A stretch of 34,520 nt of DNA from a virus (taxonomy: Duplodnaviria > Caudoviricetes), in IMG/VR virus record IMGVR_UViG_3300033407_000078, positions 1 through 34,520 of that record. One strand, written 5' to 3'. Below the pieces are notes generated by a model that saw nothing but the letters and a program-made list of their open reading frames with translations, was not told the DNA's origin and made no database searches. Position numbers and translations under genes: made by a program. This document shows positions 32,204-34,520 of the stretch, piece after piece. Each line of letters opens with the position of its first letter. Positions within the stretch are counted from its first letter, which is position 1.

Positions 32204-32578
32204 TCACCTGGCTTTCACTCCCGCGCTGCTCGGGTTGTTCCATCCGATATCCGACCCTTCCCAGTGCAGGCCGACGCCCATGAACGTGACACTAGCATCG
32301 CCCATGGTGATAAACAGGCTGTCGGGCTTGCCGTCCTTGCCGCGGTCGACGGTGACGTTGCATATCCTCTGCCCGTTCATTGCGGCCTGAAGGGTTCTGT
32401 CGGACTCGTGCGTGTCCAGGTAGCGGTTGCGCAGCTGGATCTCGAGCTTGTTCACGTGCTGTTTGAGCGTCTCGATCTCCATCGCTGCAGTGCCTACGCC
32501 GCTGTCGTAGCCCTTGCTGTATGATTTACTCCTGGCTTCGTCCAGCAGCTTCTCTAGGCTCACATCCGTGTCGCTCAT
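32204..32578 (-). CDS. Hypothetical protein with short coiled coil (124 aa)
   Basis: ATGA-coupled. YSKGYDSG motif followed by heptads. Confidence 0.7.
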   Translation of the reverse strand: MSDTDVSLEKLLDEARSKSYSKGYDSGVGTAAMEIETLKQHVNKLEIQLRNRYLDTHESDRTLQAAMNGQRICNVTVDRGKDGKPDSLFITMGDASVTFMGVGLHWEGSDIGWNNPSSAGVKAR

Positions 32579-32760
32579 CTCGCGACCGCCCCCTCTGGCG
32601 CCTGCCCCAGCGCCCGTTTAAGCAACGCGATCTCCCCGTTGAGCCGCGCCACCTCGGCCACCTTCTCGCCAAGCTTCCTCTCCCACCCCGCGCGGGTCTT
32701 CTCGATTCGCTGCTCCTCGGTCAGCCGCGCGCGGGTCTTCTTCTCCTGCGTGTCGCTCAT
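32575..32760 (-). CDS. Hypothetical coiled-coil protein (61 aa)
   Basis: Start reassigned to ATG 32760 (ATGA overlap, GAGG SD). Confidence 0.65.
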   Translation of the reverse strand: MSDTQEKKTRARLTEEQRIEKTRAGWERKLGEKVAEVARLNGEIALLKRALGQAPEGAVAR

Positions 32761-32984
32761 CGGAGCCTCATCGCGAGCCGCCACAGTCCCGCGTCTGCAT
32801 CGTGTGGGAAGTTTTCGGGTATTGCCATTGCGAGGGCAAACAGGTCCCTGGCCCCCGCCTCCAGACGCCTCGCTTCGTCGAGGATGGCGTTCCTCCCTGA
32901 CTGTCGAGACGAGCACTTAGCTTCACTTGTCGCCTCAGCCTTCGCGACGTCGCGGTACCCCTGAAAATCCTCGTTTATGCTCAT
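32757..32984 (-). CDS. Hypothetical protein (75 aa)
   Basis: ATGA overlaps at both ends. Confidence 0.65.
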   Translation of the reverse strand: MSINEDFQGYRDVAKAEATSEAKCSSRQSGRNAILDEARRLEAGARDLFALAMAIPENFPHDADAGLWRLAMRLR

Positions 32985-33199
32985 GACAATTTCCTCTCCC
33001 TGTTCTGCTGTTGTCGGTCCTCATACGCCCGCGCCATCTCCTGTGCGCAGGCCGCAAACTCCGTGCTCGTGAATCCCAGTCGCCGCATCGCCTGCCACGC
33101 CGCCATCACCAGCGCGGCTGCCAGCTCTCCCTGGCACGACAGCGGTCGCAGCTTGTCGATCGCGGCCTCGACGGCGGCGTACACGAGATTTGGATTCAT
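32981..33199 (-). CDS. Hypothetical protein (72 aa)
   Basis: ATGA overlaps at both ends. Confidence 0.65.
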   Translation of the reverse strand: MNPNLVYAAVEAAIDKLRPLSCQGELAAALVMAAWQAMRRLGFTSTEFAACAQEMARAYEDRQQQNRERKLS

Positions 33200-33567
33200 C
33201 GTCCGCTCACTCTTGCGAGTGCCTTTTCGAGGTTGGCCTCGGCGAGTTTTGTCGTCTCTTGGTAGAGACGCCTAGACACGAGCAGCACGATCTCCCTGGC
33301 GACTTCTCGCTCCCATACGCCCTCGGACAGCAGAAGCGCTTCCTCCGGCGGCTCAAAGGCGCGCACGAACCGCTCGACGATCGTGGACTCGACCAGGTGT
33401 CGCCATCTTAGGATTTCGTCGTCCCTGCGCTTTTTACAGTCGAACGCCCATGCGCCTCCGAGGTTGGGCGCTAGTCTGGCCTCGGCGCCCTGCCACCCCA
33501 TGGTGATACTCATAGCCGACCATCCAGCCGCCACTAGGTCAAAGAATCTGTCGCTCTTGAAAGTCAC
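33196..33567 (-). CDS. Hypothetical protein (123 aa)
   Basis: GTGA/ATGA overlaps and an AGGAG SD. Confidence 0.65.
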   Translation of the reverse strand: MTFKSDRFFDLVAAGWSAMSITMGWQGAEARLAPNLGGAWAFDCKKRRDDEILRWRHLVESTIVERFVRAFEPPEEALLLSEGVWEREVAREIVLLVSRRLYQETTKLAEANLEKALARVSGR

Positions 33568-33740
33568 CCTTCGCTCCTCTCCGCCGCTTCCTCGGCCACG
33601 GCCAAATCCCGGGTCAGCGCGCGATACGCGGTCAATACGTCGTTGCTCAGGTGTTCACTGCGCAGGTGCTGGCGAATCACCTCCCAGTTGACGGCCGCGC
33701 TGCGAATGGCGTCGAGCGTAGACGTCGGTTTGCGCTTCAC
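33564..33740 (-). CDS. Hypothetical protein (58 aa)
   Basis: Hand translation MKRKPTSTLDAIRSAAVNWEVIRQHLRSEHLSNDVLTAYRALTRDLAVAEEAAERSEG. Fills the gap exactly, with GTGA overlaps on both sides. Confidence 0.6.
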   Translation of the reverse strand: MKRKPTSTLDAIRSAAVNWEVIRQHLRSEHLSNDVLTAYRALTRDLAVAEEAAERSEG

Positions 33741-34006
33741 AGTCCAACCCCCGTTGCCCTGAGGGATAGTCGCTTACTCACGCACTTCGGGCAGTTCTTA
33801 TTAGCGCTGCCATCCGGCATCTTTCCGCCACACGAGCGGCATCGTCGGAGCCTCTGTCTCGTGTCGCGGATTCGCTGCAGCCTCGCGCTGGCGACCTCTC
33901 GGTGCGTCTGGCACGTCGACAGCCCGGGGACGACTGGTTCGCAGCACGACAGAGTCGCTGCGCACTCGCCGCTGTCCCGTCGCTGGCGGTGTTGTTCGCG
34001 AGTCAC
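33737..34006 (-). CDS. Cys-rich Zn-binding hypothetical protein (89 aa)
   Basis: C....SC..P...G...C..H and CRSC...CPKC motifs. GGAGG SD. Confidence 0.7.
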   Translation of the reverse strand: MTREQHRQRRDSGECAATLSCCEPVVPGLSTCQTHREVASARLQRIRDTRQRLRRCRSCGGKMPDGSANKNCPKCVSKRLSLRATGVGL

Positions 34007-34326
34007 CGTATCCTCCCTTCCGCCCGCATCTGGGCTTCGAGGGCTGCCCGCTCCTCGGGTGTGAAGATCTTCACCGGGCGCAGCGGCTCCTGTGCGCGCT
34101 TCAATTCGCTGGCTTTCTTTTCCTGGTATGGCTTGATGCGAAGCCCGTGCATGGCGCCGCCACCCACCTCACCCGTGCACTTGGTGCACACGAGACTCGG
34201 TCCGTTGAAACAGTTCGTGTGTGACAGCAGCCCGCAGCTCTGGCAGCGACGACGCCCCCGCTTGTCGGCTCGGCCGCCGGCGAAACAGAATTCGTTGCCC
34301 AGGCTCTTGTCGTCGCGATCTACCAT
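34003..34326 (-). CDS. Zn-finger hypothetical protein (107 aa)
   Basis: CQSC...H..C...CTKC. AAGGAG SD before ATG 34326 (GTG 34329 is an alternative start). Confidence 0.7.
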   Translation of the reverse strand: MVDRDDKSLGNEFCFAGGRADKRGRRRCQSCGLLSHTNCFNGPSLVCTKCTGEVGGGAMHGLRIKPYQEKKASELKRAQEPLRPVKIFTPEERAALEAQMRAEGRIR

Positions 34327-34502
34327 CACTTCTCCTTTCGAACCTCGGTCACGTCATCGCTGCCAATTGGCGGATGTAGCGTGCGCCGGCAATCGACGCA
34401 GACGTACGGGAGACGCTTCTCCATTCCATCCGGCCAAATCTTCACGTCCACTTCGGTCGCGGGAGCGGGCGAACATAAATAACAACCGATGTCCGTTCTC
34501 AC
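34326..34502 (-). CDS. Zn-finger microprotein (58 aa)
   Basis: Hand translation MRTDIGCYLCSPAPATEVDVKIWPDGMEKRLPYVCVDCRRTLHPPIGSDDVTEVRKEK. GGAGG SD and TGATG overlap. Confidence 0.6.
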   Translation of the reverse strand: MRTDIGCYLCSPAPATEVDVKIWPDGMEKRLPYVCVDCRRTLHPPIGSDDVTEVRKEK

Positions 34503-34520
34503 CGACCGCCTCCCAGCCGC

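Noticed and set aside
1-34520. Alternative genetic code (stop-codon reassignment)
   Set aside because: Core genes are intact in the standard code, and TAA, TAG and TGA all terminate genes at tight overlaps.

Overview
A GC-rich (roughly 65-70%) segment of a tailed dsDNA phage or prophage, almost entirely coded on the minus strand with tight translational coupling (GTGA/ATGA/TAATG overlaps). In the direction of transcription (right to left) it holds: small, often Cys-rich early-type ORFs (34.5-30.3 kb) with a non-coding promoter block at 31.2-31.6 kb; a C/G-run element at 30.2 kb; two divergent lipoprotein-like genes; a HEXXH protein, an HTH protein and a probable TerS; TerL and portal; an enlarged GroES-like protein; scaffold, head-decoration protein and major capsid protein; two beta-helix proteins and a Zn-finger/alpha-alpha-toroid protein; a P22 gp4-like adaptor, a tailspike and a gp10-like hub; three ejection-type proteins; a tail fibre and a second tailspike; a five-gene lysis cassette; and the start of a VRR-NUC-like nuclease. 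The layout is podovirus-like (no sheath, tube or tape-measure gene). No integrase, tRNA, rRNA, CRISPR, RT or IS was seen. The most unusual items are: (i) a lysis cassette with no lipoprotein spanin, carrying instead an N-terminal-TM / C-terminal beta-strand protein and an unannotated +11 cationic 37-aa peptide; (ii) a three-way-junction RNA whose loop can pair with the downstream Shine-Dalgarno, plus a second SD-sequestering leader, bracketing the capsid genes; (iii) four beta-helix proteins and an alpha/alpha-toroid enzyme-like protein in the virion module; (iv) a double-length GroES; (v) several leaderless-type promoters and a 10-bp phased repeat between the lipoprotein genes. All family assignments come from motif recognition and gene order, not database searches. 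A myxobacterial-type host is a guess.
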